A DNA stretch of 25,311 nucleotides, from IMG/VR virus record IMGVR_UViG_3300025264_000104, positions 1-25,311 of that record; one strand, given 5' to 3'. The stretch comes from a virus (Duplodnaviria; Caudoviricetes). A program made the translations under genes and the position numbers. How positions within the stretch are numbered: position 1 is the first letter of the stretch; each line of letters opens with the position of its first letter. Below the pieces are notes generated by a model. It was not told where the DNA came from. It ran no database searches and was given only the letters and a program-made list of their open reading frames with translations. Of this stretch, positions 23,599-25,311 are shown one piece after another.

Positions 23599-25242
23599 TC
23601 ACCCCAAAACAAGTCGGCGCTGCACGCCTTTTGGTGTTGTATCCGGCTCTTCCCAGAAAGCCATCACAACGGCATCCCCGTCATCCGGCGAGTGGCCAAG
23701 CCGCTGCACCAATGTTTGTTCTCCTTCATCAAAAGCTGTCCGCTTAGACTCCACTTGAATCTTGCCGCCTGAAATGTACCGATACCGGAAATTGGTCAGG
23801 TCCCCTGTAAGCAGCTCATCAGGGGGAAGGGCGACGTTTTCTTTGAATTGTGGATCAAGCAGCTCGCGGAGATTCCACAAGGCTGCACATCGCTTATTAG
23901 GAAATCCAAACTCCCCTGTTCGATCCAGGAAGTCTGTTTTGCCGCTCGGAACAAACGCTATCGTCTGCTTGGGGTAATCCTCCCGTACTCTGTCATACAC
24001 ACCCGACCCGACGCCAGGTAGATCTATCATCGCAGTCGCGCGAGAGTTGGCCCGGAGTTTGGCAGTCACTCGACCAGCCGTGTCCATCGTATCGGCAATT
24101 TGTGTACGGATCAATTCAGTGACGGTGCGGTGTGTCCGCATGGCAAGCACGGTTTTATCCCCGCCACGCCCTACATCCACGCCGATCTGCACAATTGGGG
24201 CAGCACCCGACAACTCGTGGTAGGCAGACCATCGCTGTTGAGCCGCTTCAATCCAAGCCAGGGGAATCAGGGAATCACTAGATGTTTCGGCAAATTCTCC
24301 CAGGACATGGTTTTGATACAACTCATTTTGTTCGCCCCATTGAGCGAGGCGGCTGCGTGCCCAGTCTTCAGACATCTGCCCAGCGGCAATGACTTCGGCC
24401 TGTGTCACCTGTTGTGTATTCCATTCCTCATAGCCTGGAGCTTGACGGCAGATATCGTAAAACCGGCCTTCAGCATCGCCAGGGATCGAGGTTGCGAGCC
24501 AGTAGGCTTCCCGTCCATCAGGTCCCCAGGCATTGGCAAAGGCTCCTTCAACGCTATCCCAACTAGGAGAGGGGATAATCTTCGACTCGTCAAAGACATA
24601 CAAAACTTGATCGGCGTGCGCGCCTTCCATTGACTCCGGGTCATCCGAAGCGACAGGAAACGCCTCGCCATGTGGCAAGCGGATACTCAAACCCAACATC
24701 TCACTAGTAGGGCGCAAAGGTTCACGCGGGACTTTGCCATTCCACTTGACGCGCCCTACCCATTTGTGGACTTCAGGCCAGAGGAACTTCTGTAGCTGTC
24801 GCCAATAGTTGGCCGTCGATACGCATTTCCAGTCATGCCCGGCAATGGAACGAGTAAGAGAAAACCAGATAATAATGATTGCAGCTATGGCCGTCTTACC
24901 CAGGCCCCGAGGACCACGCAACGCATGACGGTGATGCACGACAAGAGCACGCATACCGTCAAGTTGATATGGAGTCGCACTCTTGCCCTCGGGCCACGTA
25001 ATACACTCCTCGGCAAACAAATCAGGACGGGTGTAGTAGCGATCAACAAAGGCTTTCCGCTGCACTTGTATATTTTGAGACTGACCTTGTTTTTGTTCTT
25101 GGAGGATATCCGCTGCCTTGCGACCAGTCCGGCGCTCTAGCTCTTTGGTCAACTTTTCCAGAAATTGACGTTTGTTTACATCAGGCCAGTTCTGCCAATC
25201 AGGGGGAATGCGGAGCGTATTCGCTTGTATGATAGGCGTCAT
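23599..25242 (-). CDS. Terminase large subunit
   Basis: Walker A 'GPRGLGKT', Walker B 'LYVFDES', nuclease motif 'IGVDVGRGGDKT', C-terminal 'SPDDGDA'. Confidence 0.95.
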   Translation of the reverse strand: MTPIIQANTLRIPPDWQNWPDVNKRQFLEKLTKELERRTGRKAADILQEQKQGQSQNIQVQRKAFVDRYYTRPDLFAEECITWPEGKSATPYQLDGMRALVVHHRHALRGPRGLGKTAIAAIIIIWFSLTRSIAGHDWKCVSTANYWRQLQKFLWPEVHKWVGRVKWNGKVPREPLRPTSEMLGLSIRLPHGEAFPVASDDPESMEGAHADQVLYVFDESKIIPSPSWDSVEGAFANAWGPDGREAYWLATSIPGDAEGRFYDICRQAPGYEEWNTQQVTQAEVIAAGQMSEDWARSRLAQWGEQNELYQNHVLGEFAETSSDSLIPLAWIEAAQQRWSAYHELSGAAPIVQIGVDVGRGGDKTVLAMRTHRTVTELIRTQIADTMDTAGRVTAKLRANSRATAMIDLPGVGSGVYDRVREDYPKQTIAFVPSGKTDFLDRTGEFGFPNKRCAALWNLRELLDPQFKENVALPPDELLTGDLTNFRYRYISGGKIQVESKRTAFDEGEQTLVQRLGHSPDDGDAVVMAFWEEPDTTPKGVQRRLVLG

Positions 25243-25311
25243 CAATGCACCGTGTGTGAGTCTTCCTCTTCAATAACAGGGGGAAGTTCGTTCTGCAAAG
25301 CTAGCAAGACC
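25242..25311 (-). CDS. 3' end of upstream gene, possibly terminase small subunit (partial)
   Basis: ...VLLALQNELPPVIEEEDSHTVH*, with the stop overlapping the terminase ATG (TGATG). Identity rests on position only. Confidence 0.4.
   Translation of the reverse strand, partial: VLLALQNELPPVIEEEDSHTVH

Overview
The window is the morphogenesis region of a tailed dsDNA phage or prophage (siphovirus-like), almost entirely on the minus strand. In transcription order it encodes terminase, portal, minor head protein, scaffold, major capsid, head-tail connectors, tail tube, tail chaperones with a -1 frameshift, and the start of the tape measure. Two accessory systems interrupt it. (1) A sugar-modification set: kdsD-like and kdsA genes flank the portal, and about 10 kb between the capsid and the head-tail adaptor carry four paralogous KpsS/KpsC-like GT-B proteins, two GT-A glycosyltransferases, four methyltransferases, a sulfotransferase and a 2OG-Fe(II) oxygenase, suggesting Kdo-based glycosylation of the virion or host surface. 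(2) A compact 2.3 kb cassette (about 18.26-20.53 kb) with a stand-alone Cas7/RAMP-like gene, a Zn-ribbon gene, an unknown 176-aa gene and six tracts of strict 5-nt period made of a fixed trinucleotide plus a variable dinucleotide (GAC-NN on the transcribed strand). Four tracts form an array separated by an identical 35-nt repeat and closed by a terminator. This looks like an RNA-guided system with non-contiguous guides. It resembles the recently reported VIPR-type systems as I recall them (GGY/NN guides), but uses GAC instead of GGY. A short mixed GGY/GAY tract and a second Zn-ribbon paralog lie at about 16.85-17.1 kb. All protein calls come from motif recognition by eye; no searches were run.
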